From the NCBI GenBank assembly GCA_964291395.2, contig OZ219858.1:1248001-1312000 (forward strand): a stretch of 64,000 bases of DNA. Reading direction: 5' to 3'. Source of the stretch: Alphaproteobacteria bacterium (GTDB taxonomy: Bacteria > Pseudomonadota > Alphaproteobacteria > UBA2966). Position 1 is the stretch's first letter, and each line of letters begins with the position of its first letter. This document shows, in pieces, positions 1 to 10,923 of this stretch. Made by a program: the position numbers and the translations under genes. The notes beneath the pieces were generated by a model that was not told where the DNA came from, made no database searches, and saw only the letters and a list, made by a program, of their open reading frames with translations.

Positions 1-1296
1 CTCGATGGTGTGGCGGATCGTCCGCTTGAACTCCTCGGCGATGTAACTGTCCTTGGCGTCGTTGTCGCGGTTCATCTCCTCGACCGACGGCGTCACGGCG
101 TTGCCGAGGATGAACTCGCGCAGCCAGCGGACTTGGTGCTCGTAGGCCCAGAGGTTCGAGTGGGACACCACGTTGAGCATGCCCACGAAGTACAGACCGG
201 GCCATTCCGGCGGGATCACCCGCTTCCAGAGCCGGATGCGGTTGTTCGCGCGCGGCACGATGTCCTCGGACAGGAACGGCAGGTCGATCAGATAACCGGT
301 GGCCGCGACGAGAACGTCGAACTCGTCCGACGTGCCGTCCGTGAATCGGATCTTCCGGCCCTCGATGCGGTCGACGCCGTGCTTCACCTCGATGCGCCGG
401 TAGGCGATGTCGTTGACGACGGTGCCGCTGCTCGTGGCGTGGACCCGTTCGATCACCGGCGGCAGACCCAGCCGTTCCGGCTTGCCGTGGACGCACCAGA
501 TGAGAAAGACGAGAAGCCTCTTGCGCAGCCAGGCGGGCATCCAGGGTTTCATGAACCAGTCCGTGAGGTCCGTGAACGCCACGCCGAAGACCATCTTGGG
601 GGCGATCCAGACGCCGGAGCGGGCGACCAGAACGCAGCGCCTGGCGTTGACGCAGACGTCGCTGGCGACGTCCACCGCTGAATTGCCGATCCCGACGACG
701 CAGACCCGCTTGCCGACCATCGGCTCGGGCTCCTTGTAGTCGTGGGAATGCATGTATGTGCCGGTGAAGCCGTTCCGGAACTCCGGCACGTGCACCGGCT
801 TGGTCAGGTGGCCGGTGCAGACGCAAACGGCGTCGAAGACATGCTCGTCGCCGTCGACCGTGGTGATCCGCCACTTCGGATCCTGCTTGCCGGGTTCGAA
901 AAGCGGGATCAGCTCGGTGACCTCGGAATTGAAGCGGATATGCTCCATCACGCCGAAGTGCTCCGCGTAGCTCTTCAGGTAGGCGTACATGTCCTCGTGG
1001 CTGGGAAAGCGCTGAACCTCCTCGGCAAAGAGAAAATCGCGGAAATTGGTCACGTTCTTGGCGGTATTGATGTGGAGCGTGCGGTAGGCGGAGGAGCGCC
1101 CGCTGTCGTTCATGTAGCACCACAGACCGCCGACCTGGGTGCCGATCTCGAAGACCGTGACGTCGAGGCCGACTTCAAGCAGGTGTTTTGCCGCGCACAG
1201 CCCCGACGCGCCCGCGCCGATGATGCCGATCCTCCGGGCGGGACTTGCGCCGGATTGCGCATCGTGGGCGGTCTCAGCGAGTGCTGCGGGATTCAT
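1..1296 (-). CDS. Flavin-containing monooxygenase (class B FMO), 3' end runs off the window; absent from the ORF track
   Basis: Manual translation from ATG at 1296: MNPAALAE...RIGIIGAGASGLCAAK (FAD GxGxxG), GGLW, FTGTYMHSHDYK (FMO fingerprint FxGxxxHxxxYK), VVGIGNSAVD (NADPH motif), ATGY. Confidence 0.9.
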   Translation of the reverse strand, partial: MNPAALAETAHDAQSGASPARRIGIIGAGASGLCAAKHLLEVGLDVTVFEIGTQVGGLWCYMNDSGRSSAYRTLHINTAKNVTNFRDFLFAEEVQRFPSHEDMYAYLKSYAEHFGVMEHIRFNSEVTELIPLFEPGKQDPKWRITTVDGDEHVFDAVCVCTGHLTKPVHVPEFRNGFTGTYMHSHDYKEPEPMVGKRVCVVGIGNSAVDVASDVCVNARRCVLVARSGVWIAPKMVFGVAFTDLTDWFMKPWMPAWLRKRLLVFLIWCVHGKPERLGLPPVIERVHATSSGTVVNDIAYRRIEVKHGVDRIEGRKIRFTDGTSDEFDVLVAATGYLIDLPFLSEDIVPRANNRIRLWKRVIPPEWPGLYFVGMLNVVSHSNLWAYEHQVRWLREFILGNAVTPSVEEMNRDNDAKDSYIAEEFKRTIRHTIE

Positions 1297-1418
1297 CGGA
1301 CTCTCGTCTGGTTGGCGGGTTCAAGTTTCGGGCAGAAAATTATGTCTTCAGCGGTATCTCCGCAACCGCCCGAACGTGACCTCCGATTCCTTGCGGCGAG
1401 GGTCTCCGGGCGTCGGCC

Positions 1419-2474
1419 CTATGCGCCGCGGCCGCATCCGAGCGCGTGCCGCACGAGCTTCCGCATGAGGGTCGGCAGGGCCTGTCGATCGAGCTCCGAC
1501 AACGGACACCAGAACGCCTCGGAGCCGAGGCTCTCGGGCGGACGCGCCACACGGGCGCGGAGCAGGTGAAACTCGATCCGGAAATGGGTAAAGCCGTGGG
1601 TCACGACGCCCGGTACGCGTTTCCAGGGCGCGCGCAGGGGCGCGTGCCCGCGTGCCGCGGCCACCGTCCAGGGCCGGTCCGTCCAGGGAGTCGAAGGAAC
1701 CTCCGTCATGCCCCCGAGCAATCCCGACGGCGGGCGCCGACGCAGCAGAACGCGCCCGTCCGCGTCGGCCGCCCAAAAAGCGGTCGCATGCCGCAGCGGA
1801 CGATCGGGCCGGGGGGCCTTGCGCGGCAGATCCTCGGCGATCCCTTTCCGTCTCGCGGCACAGTCGGTTCCCCAGGGGCAGCGGTCGCATGCGGGACGGC
1901 CGGGCGTACAGACAGTCGCGCCGAGGTCCATCAAGGCCTGCACGAAATCGCCGGGACGGTTTCCGGGCACGAGTTTCTGGTTCAGGTCCCGCACCCGCGC
2001 CTTGGCGTCCGGCAAGGGGTCCTCGATGCCATAGAAGCGGGTGATCACCCGCTCGGCGTTGCCGTCCACGGCGGCGACCGGGACGCCGAAGGCGATGGCC
2101 GCGATGGCCCCCGCCGTGTAAGGGCCGATACCCGGCAATGCCCTGAGCCCGGATTCCGTTTCGGGGAATCGGCCTCCGGCGGCCGCGACGTTTCGCGCGC
2201 ATTCGTGGAGGTTGCGAGCTCGCGCGTAGTAGCCGAGACCGGCCCAGGCGGCGAGCACGTCGTCGAGGTCCGCCGCGGCGAGGTCCGCGACCGTGGGCCA
2301 GCGCGCGAGAAAGGCCCGGAAGTAGGGCACGACCGTCGGCACGGTCGTCTGCTGGAGCATGATCTCGCTCAACCAGACGCGATAGGGGTCGGGACGGACG
2401 CCCGGCGGGGCGCGCCACGGCAGGTCGCGGCGGTGCCGGTCATACCACTTCAAGAGTTTCGTTGAGAGGCGCAC
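1419..2474 (-). CDS. mutY: A/G-specific adenine DNA glycosylase
   Basis: RRDLPWR, WLSEIMLQQT, WAGLGYYARARNLH, HhH LPGIGPYTA, VDGN, 4Fe-4S Cys cluster, NUDIX-like C-terminus. Confidence 0.96.
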   Translation of the reverse strand: MRLSTKLLKWYDRHRRDLPWRAPPGVRPDPYRVWLSEIMLQQTTVPTVVPYFRAFLARWPTVADLAAADLDDVLAAWAGLGYYARARNLHECARNVAAAGGRFPETESGLRALPGIGPYTAGAIAAIAFGVPVAAVDGNAERVITRFYGIEDPLPDAKARVRDLNQKLVPGNRPGDFVQALMDLGATVCTPGRPACDRCPWGTDCAARRKGIAEDLPRKAPRPDRPLRHATAFWAADADGRVLLRRRPPSGLLGGMTEVPSTPWTDRPWTVAAARGHAPLRAPWKRVPGVVTHGFTHFRIEFHLLRARVARPPESLGSEAFWCPLSELDRQALPTLMRKLVRHALGCGRGA

Positions 2475-2561
2475 GTCGATCCCGATGGATTCCGAATCCG
2501 TTCAGTTAACCACAGTTTGTTTTCGCATGACGGGAAAGCGGTTCTCGCTCAAGATGACCGC

Positions 2562-3077
2562 ATGACCGACAAACGTGAACGCCGGGGTCCGCGGCGCCTG
2601 GGGCGCGTCATCGGCAAGATCACCGACCCGGCGCTGCGCAAGCGCGGCTTCGTCCACACCGAGATCGTCAGGCGGTGGACCGCCATCGTCGGCGAGGAAC
2701 TGTCGCGTGCGAGCGTGCCGCAGCGTATCTCCTATCCGACCCGGCAGGCGGAACCCGGCGTGCTTCACGTGCGCGTCGAAAGCGCGCGGGCGACGGAGCT
2801 CCAGCACATGACCCCCCTGGTCATCGAACGGGTCAATACCTATTTCGGTTACCGCGCGATCGGTGCCGTCCGGCTGTCCCAGCACGAGATCGGAACGGCG
2901 CCGGGATCCTCCGCAGCGCAACCCGCGCCGGCGGAGGACGATCGTCCAGGCGAGGGGCAGCCGGACGGGATCGACCCCCGCCTCGCCCGGACCCGCGACC
3001 CCGCGTTGCGAGAGGCCCTGGCGGCGCTGGGCAAACGTCTCCGAGGCAGTTCGTCGGATCCGCCCTCGGGGACCTGA
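2562..3077 (+). CDS. DUF721 / DciA-family protein
   Basis: LRKRGF...W..IVG...LQH...IERVNTYFGYRAI pattern; divergent from mutY as in Alphaproteobacteria. Confidence 0.8.
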   Translation: MTDKRERRGPRRLGRVIGKITDPALRKRGFVHTEIVRRWTAIVGEELSRASVPQRISYPTRQAEPGVLHVRVESARATELQHMTPLVIERVNTYFGYRAIGAVRLSQHEIGTAPGSSAAQPAPAEDDRPGEGQPDGIDPRLARTRDPALREALAALGKRLRGSSSDPPSGT

Positions 3078-3161
3078 TCGCACGCGGGGAGAGTCAGTTT
3101 CGGACCCGGCGGCGTCGTTCATACGAGTCCGACACCGATCCCCCCGCCACGGGAGTCCGCA

Positions 3162-3190
3162 TTGACTTTCGTGCTGGGGGCGATTATCTC
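3162..3190 (+). promoter_or_regulatory. Candidate sigma70 promoter of the serC-serA operon
   Basis: TTGACT-17 nt-TATCTC about 54 nt upstream of the serC ATG. Confidence 0.5.
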
Positions 3191-3243
3191 CGCGGCGGGC
3201 CACAACCCCCCAACGGGTTGCAACTCTTCTGGAAGGAAGAGGA

Positions 3244-4407
3244 ATGAAACCGAACGCACGTCCGCGTCGGCCCCAATTCTCGTCGGGGCCGTGCGCAAAG
3301 CGGCCGGGTTGGACGCCGGCCGTTCTCAATGATGCCGCACTCGGACGTTCGCACCGGTCCGCGGACGGCAAGGCCAAGCTCAAACAGGTCATCGACGGGA
3401 CGCGGACGGTCCTGCGGGTACCGGACGCCTACCGCATCGGAATCGTGCCGGCATCGGACACCGGCGCCGTCGAGATGGCGCTGTGGTCGCTCCTGGGGAG
3501 CCGGGGCGTCGACGTTCTCGCCTGGGAGAACTTCGGACGCGAGTGGGTCAAGGACATCGTCGGTCAGCTGCCTCTGGAGGACGTCCGCGTGCTCGAGGCC
3601 GACTACGGCGAGTTGCCCGATCTCGGCGAAGTCGATTGCGACCGCGACGTCGTTTTCGTGTGGAACGGCACGACCTCGGGGGTCGTCGTCCCTCACGACC
3701 GCTGGATCGCTTCCGATCGAAAGGGCCTCACCGTCTGTGACGCGACATCCGCGGCGTTCGCGATGCCCTTGCCCTGGGAAAAGCTCGACGTCGTTACCTT
3801 TTCCTGGCAGAAGGCCCTGGGCGGCGAGGCCGGGCACGGCATGCTGGTTCTAGGTCCGCGCGCCGTGGAGCGGCTCGAGTCCCACGTTCCAGCCTGGCCG
3901 CTTCCCAAGATCTTCCGGTTGACTGTGGGAGGCAAACTCAACGAAGGGATTTTCGTTGGAGAAACGATCAACACGCCCTCGATGTTGTGTGTCGAGGACG
4001 TGCTCGATGCCCTGGCGTGGGCAGAATCCGTCGGCGGTTTCGACGGCCTCGTGGCACGGACCCGGGCCAACGGCGCGGCGATCGCCGATTGGGTCGATGC
4101 GACCCCCTGGGCGGACTACCTCGCCGCGACGCCCGAGACCCGTTCGTCGACATCCGTGTGCCTCGAGTTCGTAGAGCCCTGGTTTGCGGAGCTGTCGGCC
4201 GACGAGCAGGCCGCCGTGCCCAGACGGATCGCGGCGCTGCTTGCGGGCGAGAACGTCGCCTTCGACGTCGCGGGACATCGCGAAGCACCTCCCGGACTGA
4301 GAATCTGGGCTGGCGCCACGGTCGATCGGGAAGATCTCGAGGCTCTGATGCCCTGGCTCGACTGGGCCTATGCCGAGGTGAAAGCGGCGTTCTCCCGCGC
4401 GGCGTGA
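3244..4407 (+). CDS. serC: Phosphoserine aminotransferase (alphaproteobacterial/Methanosarcina type)
   Basis: [34 protein letters not shown] (PLP Lys), TINTPS; upstream of serA. Confidence 0.95.
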   Translation: MKPNARPRRPQFSSGPCAKRPGWTPAVLNDAALGRSHRSADGKAKLKQVIDGTRTVLRVPDAYRIGIVPASDTGAVEMALWSLLGSRGVDVLAWENFGREWVKDIVGQLPLEDVRVLEADYGELPDLGEVDCDRDVVFVWNGTTSGVVVPHDRWIASDRKGLTVCDATSAAFAMPLPWEKLDVVTFSWQKALGGEAGHGMLVLGPRAVERLESHVPAWPLPKIFRLTVGGKLNEGIFVGETINTPSMLCVEDVLDALAWAESVGGFDGLVARTRANGAAIADWVDATPWADYLAATPETRSSTSVCLEFVEPWFAELSADEQAAVPRRIAALLAGENVAFDVAGHREAPPGLRIWAGATVDREDLEALMPWLDWAYAEVKAAFSRAA

Positions 4408-4429
4408 CGTTCCGAACGCGAGCCGTCCC

Positions 4430-6010
4430 ATGGTGAAAGTTCTGATTTCCGATCGCATGAGCCCACGCGCCGCCGCCATATTTCGCGACCGCGGCGTAGA
4501 GGTGAATGAGTGCTTCGACCTCGATGCCGAACGGTTGCGGGAGGTGATTTCCGGCTACGACGGCATTGCCGTCCGGTCGGCGACCAAACTTACGGCGGAT
4601 GTCATCGCCGCCGGCCGAAACCTGAGGGTCATCGGCCGGGCGGGCATCGGCGTCGACAACATCGATGTGCCTGCGGCGACTGCCAGGGGCGTGGTGGTCA
4701 TGAACGCGCCGTTCGGGAACTCGATCACTACCGCCGAGCACGCCATCGCCATGATGCTGGCGTTGGCACGTCACATTCCCCAGGCGGACCGGTCGACCCG
4801 GGCCGGCAGATGGGAAAAATCGAGGTTCCTCGGAGTCGAGGTCGCCGGCAAGACGCTAGGCATCGTCGGATGCGGCAACGTCGGGTCGATCGTCGCCGAC
4901 CGTGCGCAGGGCCTGAGGATGAAGGTACTCGCGTACGACCCTTATCTCTCCACGGAACGGGCGGCGGAGCTGGGCGTGGAGAAGACGGACCTCGACGAAC
5001 TTCTCCGACGGGCCGATTTCGTCTCGCTTCATGCTCCGCTGACCGACGCCACGCGCCGTGTGATCGATGCCGAGGCACTCGCCAAGATGAAGGCCGGCGC
5101 GCGATTGATCAACTGCGCCCGCGGCGGACTGATCGTCGAGGAAGCGTTGAAGGAGGCGTTGGCGAGCGGTCATCTGGCAGGTGCCGCGTTGGACGTGTTC
5201 GCGGAAGAACCGGCGCAGCAGAGTCCCCTGTTCGGGCTTGACGGCCTGGTCGCCACGCCGCATCTCGGCGCCTCGACGATGGAGGCGCAGGAAAACGTGG
5301 CGATTCAGATCGCCGAGCAGATGTCGGACTATTTGTTGCTCGGAGCGGTAAGCAACGCGTTGAACATGCCGGCGGTTTCCGCGGAAGACGCGCCCAAACT
5401 CAGGCCGTATATGGCGCTGGCCAGCCAGCTTGGGCGACTCGTCGGCCAGCTCGTGGAAACGGGGCTGCGATCCGTGACGATCGAGTATTCCGGCGCGGTG
5501 ACCGCTTTCAACACGAAGCCTCTCACGTCGATTGCTCTCGAGGGGCTGCTCGCCCAGCAACTCGAGACCGTGAACATGGTGAATGCTCCCGTGATCGCAC
5601 GCGAACGGAACATCGTCGTGCGCGAGGTAACCATCGAGGTGGCGAGCGACTACCAGACACTGATCAGGTTGATCGTCGAGACGGAAGACCTGGTCCACGA
5701 CGTCTCGGGAACGTTGTTCTCCGACCAGAACCCCCGCGTCGTGGACATCGACGGCATCAAGGTCGAGGCCGAACTCGGGCAACATGTGATATTTCTCAGC
5801 AACGAGGACAAACCCGGAATCATTGGAAGTCTCGGCATGACCTTGGGCGACGCCGGCGTGAACATCGCGACGTTCCATCTCGGTCGCGCCTGTCTCGGAG
5901 GAGACGCGTTGGCCCTTATTGCGATAGACGACGCCATCGAGGAAGGCGTCCTGGCTCGGCTTCGAGAGCTGTCGCACGTGAAGCAGGTCAGAGCCTTGCG
6001 TTTCGATTGA
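4430..6010 (+). CDS. serA: D-3-phosphoglycerate dehydrogenase (long form with ACT domain)
   Basis: GRAGIGVDNID, GCGNVG, INCARGG, TPHLGAST, C-terminal NEDKPGIIG ACT. Confidence 0.97.
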   Translation: MVKVLISDRMSPRAAAIFRDRGVEVNECFDLDAERLREVISGYDGIAVRSATKLTADVIAAGRNLRVIGRAGIGVDNIDVPAATARGVVVMNAPFGNSITTAEHAIAMMLALARHIPQADRSTRAGRWEKSRFLGVEVAGKTLGIVGCGNVGSIVADRAQGLRMKVLAYDPYLSTERAAELGVEKTDLDELLRRADFVSLHAPLTDATRRVIDAEALAKMKAGARLINCARGGLIVEEALKEALASGHLAGAALDVFAEEPAQQSPLFGLDGLVATPHLGASTMEAQENVAIQIAEQMSDYLLLGAVSNALNMPAVSAEDAPKLRPYMALASQLGRLVGQLVETGLRSVTIEYSGAVTAFNTKPLTSIALEGLLAQQLETVNMVNAPVIARERNIVVREVTIEVASDYQTLIRLIVETEDLVHDVSGTLFSDQNPRVVDIDGIKVEAELGQHVIFLSNEDKPGIIGSLGMTLGDAGVNIATFHLGRACLGGDALALIAIDDAIEEGVLARLRELSHVKQVRALRFD

Positions 6011-6076
6011 TTCCGACGTTCCCGCGTGTCGGAAACGGGGCGCGGTGACGGGGTTTTTCGACTGGAGTTCCAATCC

Positions 6077-7216
6077 ATGAACGAGTCGCCGCCACGATCG
6101 CTTTTGCCCAACGGATTGCGGGACGCCTTGCCTCCGGAGGCGGGCGCGGAAGCGCGCGCCGTCGACCGACTGCTCGGGGTCTTCCATGCCAACGCATACG
6201 AGCGGGTCGATCCCCCCTTGGTGGAATTCGAGCAAAGCCTGCTGGATGGTCCGGGAGAGGCGGTATCACCGCAAACCTTCCGCCTCATGGATCCCGTTTC
6301 ACAGCGGATGATGGGATTGCGAGCGGACATGACGCCGCAGATCGCGCGCATCGCCGCAACCAGGCTGGCTCAAATGCCCCGTCCCCTTCGCTTGTCCTAC
6401 GCGGGCCACGTCTTGCGCGTGCGGGGGACTCAGCTGCGGCCGGAGCGGCAGTTCGTCCAGGTGGGGGTAGAGCTCATCGGCGCACCGGCGCCCGGCGCCG
6501 ATGTGGAAGTGGTCGTTCTTGCCGCGGAGGCGCTCGAGGCCGTCGGCATATCCGACATCAGCATCGATCTGTCCCTGCCCACCCTCGTGCCCGCGATTTG
6601 CCGGGAGATCGGTCTCGCCGAGGAAGAAGCGCGACGGGCGAGGGTCGCACTCGATCGCAAGGACCCGGCTGCCCTGTCCGGCCTTGGCGAGGACGCGCAG
6701 GCACTGTTGACGGCGCTGCTGGCGGCCGCAGGTCCCGCAGGTGACGCCATCAGCGGCCTGAATGCGTTGCCGCTCTCCGGCCGAACGAAACGCATGTGCG
6801 GCGAACTGGAACAGACGGTCGATCGCGTGGCGGCAGCGGCGCCCGGTCTCGGCTTGACGGTCGATCCGGTGGAGTTCCGGGGTATGGAGTATCAGACCGG
6901 CGTCAGCTTCACCGTCTTCACGCCGCGGGTCCACAGCGAGATCGGGCGGGGCGGCCGCTACGAGCTCGACACCGGTGAATCGGCGACGGGATTCACCCTG
7001 TTCATGGACGCGCTCGTCCGGGCGCTGCCCGCGCCGCATCCCGATCGCCTTGTCTACGTTCCCCACGGAACGTCTCCGGAGACGTCCGCGCGCCTTCGCG
7101 CGGACGGGTGGCGAACCCTGCAGGCGCTGTCCGCCGACGATGACGACACCGGCGGAGCCCGCCGTCTTCGATGCAGTCACATCCTCCGGGATGACGACGT
7201 GGTCGAAGTGACATGA
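6077..7216 (+). CDS. hisZ: ATP phosphoribosyltransferase regulatory subunit
   Basis: LPNGLRD, LRADMTPQIAR, PLRLSYAG, QVGVELIG, GRGGRY; hisZ-purA synteny. Confidence 0.9.
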   Translation: MNESPPRSLLPNGLRDALPPEAGAEARAVDRLLGVFHANAYERVDPPLVEFEQSLLDGPGEAVSPQTFRLMDPVSQRMMGLRADMTPQIARIAATRLAQMPRPLRLSYAGHVLRVRGTQLRPERQFVQVGVELIGAPAPGADVEVVVLAAEALEAVGISDISIDLSLPTLVPAICREIGLAEEEARRARVALDRKDPAALSGLGEDAQALLTALLAAAGPAGDAISGLNALPLSGRTKRMCGELEQTVDRVAAAAPGLGLTVDPVEFRGMEYQTGVSFTVFTPRVHSEIGRGGRYELDTGESATGFTLFMDALVRALPAPHPDRLVYVPHGTSPETSARLRADGWRTLQALSADDDDTGGARRLRCSHILRDDDVVEVT

Positions 7217-7252
7217 TACGCTCTCGATCTTCCGGTACAGGATGAATACGAG

Positions 7253-8542
7253 ATGGCGAACGTAGCGGTCGTTGGGTCCCAATGGGGCGACGAGGGCAAG
7301 GGAAAGATCGTGGACTGGCTGAGCCAACGCGCGGACATCGTCGTACGGTTTCAAGGCGGCCACAATGCCGGTCACACGTTGGTCATCGACGGCGTGACGT
7401 ACAAGTTGAGCCTACTCCCGTCGGGCGTGGTCCAGAACAAACTGTCCATCATCGGCAACGGGGTCGTCGTCGATCCCTGGGCGCTGCTCGAGGAAATCGA
7501 TAGGCTTGGCTCGCAGGGGGTCCACGTCACGCCCGACAACCTGAGGATCGCGGAGAACGCCAATCTGATCCTGCCGTTGCACCGGGACCTGGACGTGTTG
7601 CGGGAAGAGGCCCAAGGCGGCAGGGCGATCGGCACCACGCGCCGGGGCATCGGACCCTGCTATGAAGACAAGATCGGGCGTCGCGGCGTGCGAGTCTGCG
7701 ACCTGAGAGACCGCGATGCACTGGAATCACGGGTCGACGCCTTGCTTGCCCACCACGACGTCTTGCGCCGGGGATTCGGCACCGGTGCCGTTGATCGCCA
7801 GGCATTGTTGGACGACCTTGCCGGGGTCGCCGAACGCATCGGCCCGTTTGTCGACGTCGTGTGGCGCGTGCTCGACGAGGCCCGCCGCGCCGACAAGCGG
7901 ATCCTCTTCGAGGGCGCCCAGGGGATCATGCTGGACGTCGATCATGGCACCTATCCGTACGTGACCTCGTCCAACACGGTTGCCGGGCAAGCCGTGACGG
8001 GAACGGGGGCGGGGGCCGGCGCCGTCGACTACGTGCTGGGGATTGCCAAGGCTTACACGACCCGGGTGGGCTCCGGCCCCTTCCCGACTGAACTCGATGA
8101 CGAGATCGGCGAAGGCCTCGGCGAGCGGGGCAGGGAGTTTGGCACCGTTACCGGGCGCGCGCGGCGCTGCGGCTGGTTCGACGCCGTCATGGTCGGCCAG
8201 GCCGTGAAAGTCGGCGGCATCGACGGCATCGTGCTGACGAAACTGGATGTCCTCGACGGGCTCGACGAGATCAAGGTGTGCACCGGGTATCGTCTGGGCA
8301 ACCATTCCTTGTTCCACCTGCCGTCGGGCGCCGCCGAACAGGCCGCGGTCGAACCCGTCTATGAAACCATGGAGGGATGGAGCGAGAGCACCCGGGGCGC
8401 GCGGACCTGGGCCGATCTGCCCGCCACCGCCGTCAAGTACATCCGGCGCATCGAGGAATTGATCTCCATGCCCGTCGCTCTCGTGTCAACGAGTCCCGAG
8501 CGGGACGATACGATCGTCGTGCGGGACCCCTTCGACGGCTAA
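7253..8542 (+). CDS. purA: Adenylosuccinate synthetase
   Basis: [55 protein letters not shown]. Confidence 0.98.
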   Translation: MANVAVVGSQWGDEGKGKIVDWLSQRADIVVRFQGGHNAGHTLVIDGVTYKLSLLPSGVVQNKLSIIGNGVVVDPWALLEEIDRLGSQGVHVTPDNLRIAENANLILPLHRDLDVLREEAQGGRAIGTTRRGIGPCYEDKIGRRGVRVCDLRDRDALESRVDALLAHHDVLRRGFGTGAVDRQALLDDLAGVAERIGPFVDVVWRVLDEARRADKRILFEGAQGIMLDVDHGTYPYVTSSNTVAGQAVTGTGAGAGAVDYVLGIAKAYTTRVGSGPFPTELDDEIGEGLGERGREFGTVTGRARRCGWFDAVMVGQAVKVGGIDGIVLTKLDVLDGLDEIKVCTGYRLGNHSLFHLPSGAAEQAAVEPVYETMEGWSESTRGARTWADLPATAVKYIRRIEELISMPVALVSTSPERDDTIVVRDPFDG

Positions 8543-8859
8543 GGCCTCCGCGCCACGGAGGCACGGGTTTGCAAGAGGTTCTTGGTAGGCACCAAGCGAT
8601 GTCGGATATGGTCTCAGGACCGGTTCGCGAGATGCATGCCCGCCCTGGAGGTTAAACCGGCGTGAAACCTCCTCGTGTGCGCGTTGGCATGTTGGAAACG
8701 TGACGTTCGCAGGCGTGCCCGACGTTTCCACGACGGCAGCTATTGATCGCTATGCTCCGAACTCGCCGCACGTTTCACTACTGTGAGGAGTTTCGGCTTC
8801 GTGCGGGCGGGTCCCAGGTTGGACCGCAGTGAAGAGATTCCGGCTGACCGGGACCGCTC

Positions 8860-9741
8860 CTAACCCCCCATATTCGCATCGATCTGCGCATTGCGGATCG
8901 CTTTCTGGAGTTTTTCGAAAGCGCGCACTTCGATCTGGCGCACGCGTTCCCGGCTGACGCCGAATTCCTTGCTGAGATCCTCGAGCGTGCTGGGATCGTC
9001 CTTCAGGCGGCGTTCGGTGAGGATTCGACGTTCGCGGTCGTTGAGGGTCTGCATCGCGTCGGTCAACAGGTCACGCCGCTTACCCATCTCCTCGGCTTCG
9101 CCGAAGACCGTCTCCTGATCGGGGGTTTCGTCGACTAGCCAGTCCTGCCACTCCCCCTCTCCATCGACACGCATGGGAGCATTCAGAGAGTGATCGGCGC
9201 CAGCCAAGCGGCGGTTCATCTGCACGACATCGTCCTCGGAAACGTCCAGCTTGTCGGCGATGGTCTTGACGGTTTCCGGATGAAGATCGCCCTCTTCGAT
9301 CGCTTGCAACTGTCCCTTCAGCCTACGAAGATTGAAGAACAGCTTCTTCTGCGCCGTCGTCGTGCCCATCTTGACGAGCGACCAGGATCGCAGGATGTAT
9401 TCCTGGATCGATGCCCGGATCCACCACATGGCGTAGGTCGCGAGACGAAAGCCCTTGTCCGGCTCGAACCGCTTCACCGCCTGCATCAGGCCGATATTGC
9501 CCTCGGCGATCAATTCGCCGACGGGAAGTCCGTAGCCGCGGTATCCCATGGCGATCTTGGCCACGAGGCGAAGGTGGCTGGTCACGAGGGTGTGGGCTGA
9601 TTCGACGTCATCGTGCTCGCGCCAGCGCTTGGCAAGGACGTACTCCTCTTCCGCATCCAGCATGGGGAAGTCACGGATTTCCCGGAGATACCGTGAAAGG
9701 CCGACCTCCGGAGAGATGACGGGTATCAGGTTCTTCGCCAT
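8860..9741 (-). CDS. rpoH: RNA polymerase sigma-32 factor
   Basis: HLRLVAKIA, GYRGYGL, RpoH box QKKLFFNLR, SRERVRQIE. Confidence 0.97.
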   Translation of the reverse strand: MAKNLIPVISPEVGLSRYLREIRDFPMLDAEEEYVLAKRWREHDDVESAHTLVTSHLRLVAKIAMGYRGYGLPVGELIAEGNIGLMQAVKRFEPDKGFRLATYAMWWIRASIQEYILRSWSLVKMGTTTAQKKLFFNLRRLKGQLQAIEEGDLHPETVKTIADKLDVSEDDVVQMNRRLAGADHSLNAPMRVDGEGEWQDWLVDETPDQETVFGEAEEMGKRRDLLTDAMQTLNDRERRILTERRLKDDPSTLEDLSKEFGVSRERVRQIEVRAFEKLQKAIRNAQIDANMGG

Positions 9742-9903
9742 GGTCGTACGCTTTTCGTAATCCGCCGATATTCCGCGTGCGTGAACGCCGTCCTCGGGTG
9801 TTCGTTCCGGTCGACGGATCGCCGTCCTAACCCGAAATCGTGACCAAAGTGTGTCCGGGGCCGGGCGCGCCGTCAGGCGCCATGGTGCGGCGATCCGGAG
9901 TCT

Positions 9904-10887
9904 TCACTTGGGCGCTTCCAATACACCAATCAATTCTTTCATCTCAACGGGCAATTCCGATTCGAACCTGACGGGTCGGCCGGTCTTCGGATGCGAGAAG
10001 CCCAGAAGCCCGGCGTGCAACGCTTGGCGGTCGAAGGCGCGGATAATGGCTTGGGCATTCGCCGCGGCCCCGGCAACGTGCCTGGCCCGGCCATACAATC
10101 GATCGCCGACCACGGGGTGTCCGATGTGTGCCAGGTGCACGCGGATTTGATGCGTACGGCCCGTCGCCAGCCTGCAATGCACGACGCTGGCCCCGGCGGC
10201 GAGCTGCCGCTGCACTCGGTATCGAGTCAGCGCCTGCTTGCCTGCCCGTTCAACCACGGCCATCCTGCGGCGGTTTCGGGGATGGCGTCCGATCGGGGCC
10301 TCTATCTCGCCCCGCAGCGGTCGGGGTACTCCCCAGACGACCGCCAGATAGGCGCGTTCGACGGTGCGCTCGGCGAACTGCCTGGCAAGCGCGGTGTGCG
10401 CGCGGTCGCTCTTGGCGGCGACCATCAAACCGCTCGTTTCCTTGTCCAGGCGGTGCACGATCCCGGGACGGCGCACGCCGCCGATTCCCGACAGGGAGTC
10501 GCCGCAGTGATGGACCAGCGCGTTGACCAGGGTCCGGTCCGGATTGCCGGGCGCCGGATGCACGACCAAACCAGCCGGCTTGTCGACGACGATGAGCTCG
10601 TCGTCTTCATGCAGGATGCGAAGCGGTATGTGCTGGCCTCGAGGGGACGGATCGGAGGCCGGCGGGACGGAAACGGTATAGGATTCTCCCGGTTTGACCC
10701 GGTATGAGGGCTCCGATATCGTCGCCTCCCCGCGACTGACGAGGCCCGCCTGGATGAGCGCCTTGACGCGCATGCGCGACAGGTCGGGCAGGGCGGACGT
10801 CAGCACGCGGTCGAGGCGCAGGCCGGCCGTTGCCGCATCGACGGCGACCACGTGTGTCTCGAATTCCGGCGCGGGGAGTGTTTCCAT
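9904..10887 (-). CDS. rluD: RluA/RluD-family 23S rRNA pseudouridine synthase
   Basis: S4 domain, VDKPAGLVVHP, VHRLDKETSG, TGRTHQIRVH; upstream of rpoH. Confidence 0.9.
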   Translation of the reverse strand: METLPAPEFETHVVAVDAATAGLRLDRVLTSALPDLSRMRVKALIQAGLVSRGEATISEPSYRVKPGESYTVSVPPASDPSPRGQHIPLRILHEDDELIVVDKPAGLVVHPAPGNPDRTLVNALVHHCGDSLSGIGGVRRPGIVHRLDKETSGLMVAAKSDRAHTALARQFAERTVERAYLAVVWGVPRPLRGEIEAPIGRHPRNRRRMAVVERAGKQALTRYRVQRQLAAGASVVHCRLATGRTHQIRVHLAHIGHPVVGDRLYGRARHVAGAAANAQAIIRAFDRQALHAGLLGFSHPKTGRPVRFESELPVEMKELIGVLEAPK

Positions 10888-10923
10888 CGTAAAGGCGACA
10901 GGTCCGGCGGGCGGCGATCGACA

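Noticed and set aside
10-1569. Plus-strand ORFs 10-681 and 742-1569
   Set aside because: Antisense to the FMO, which carries the real motifs
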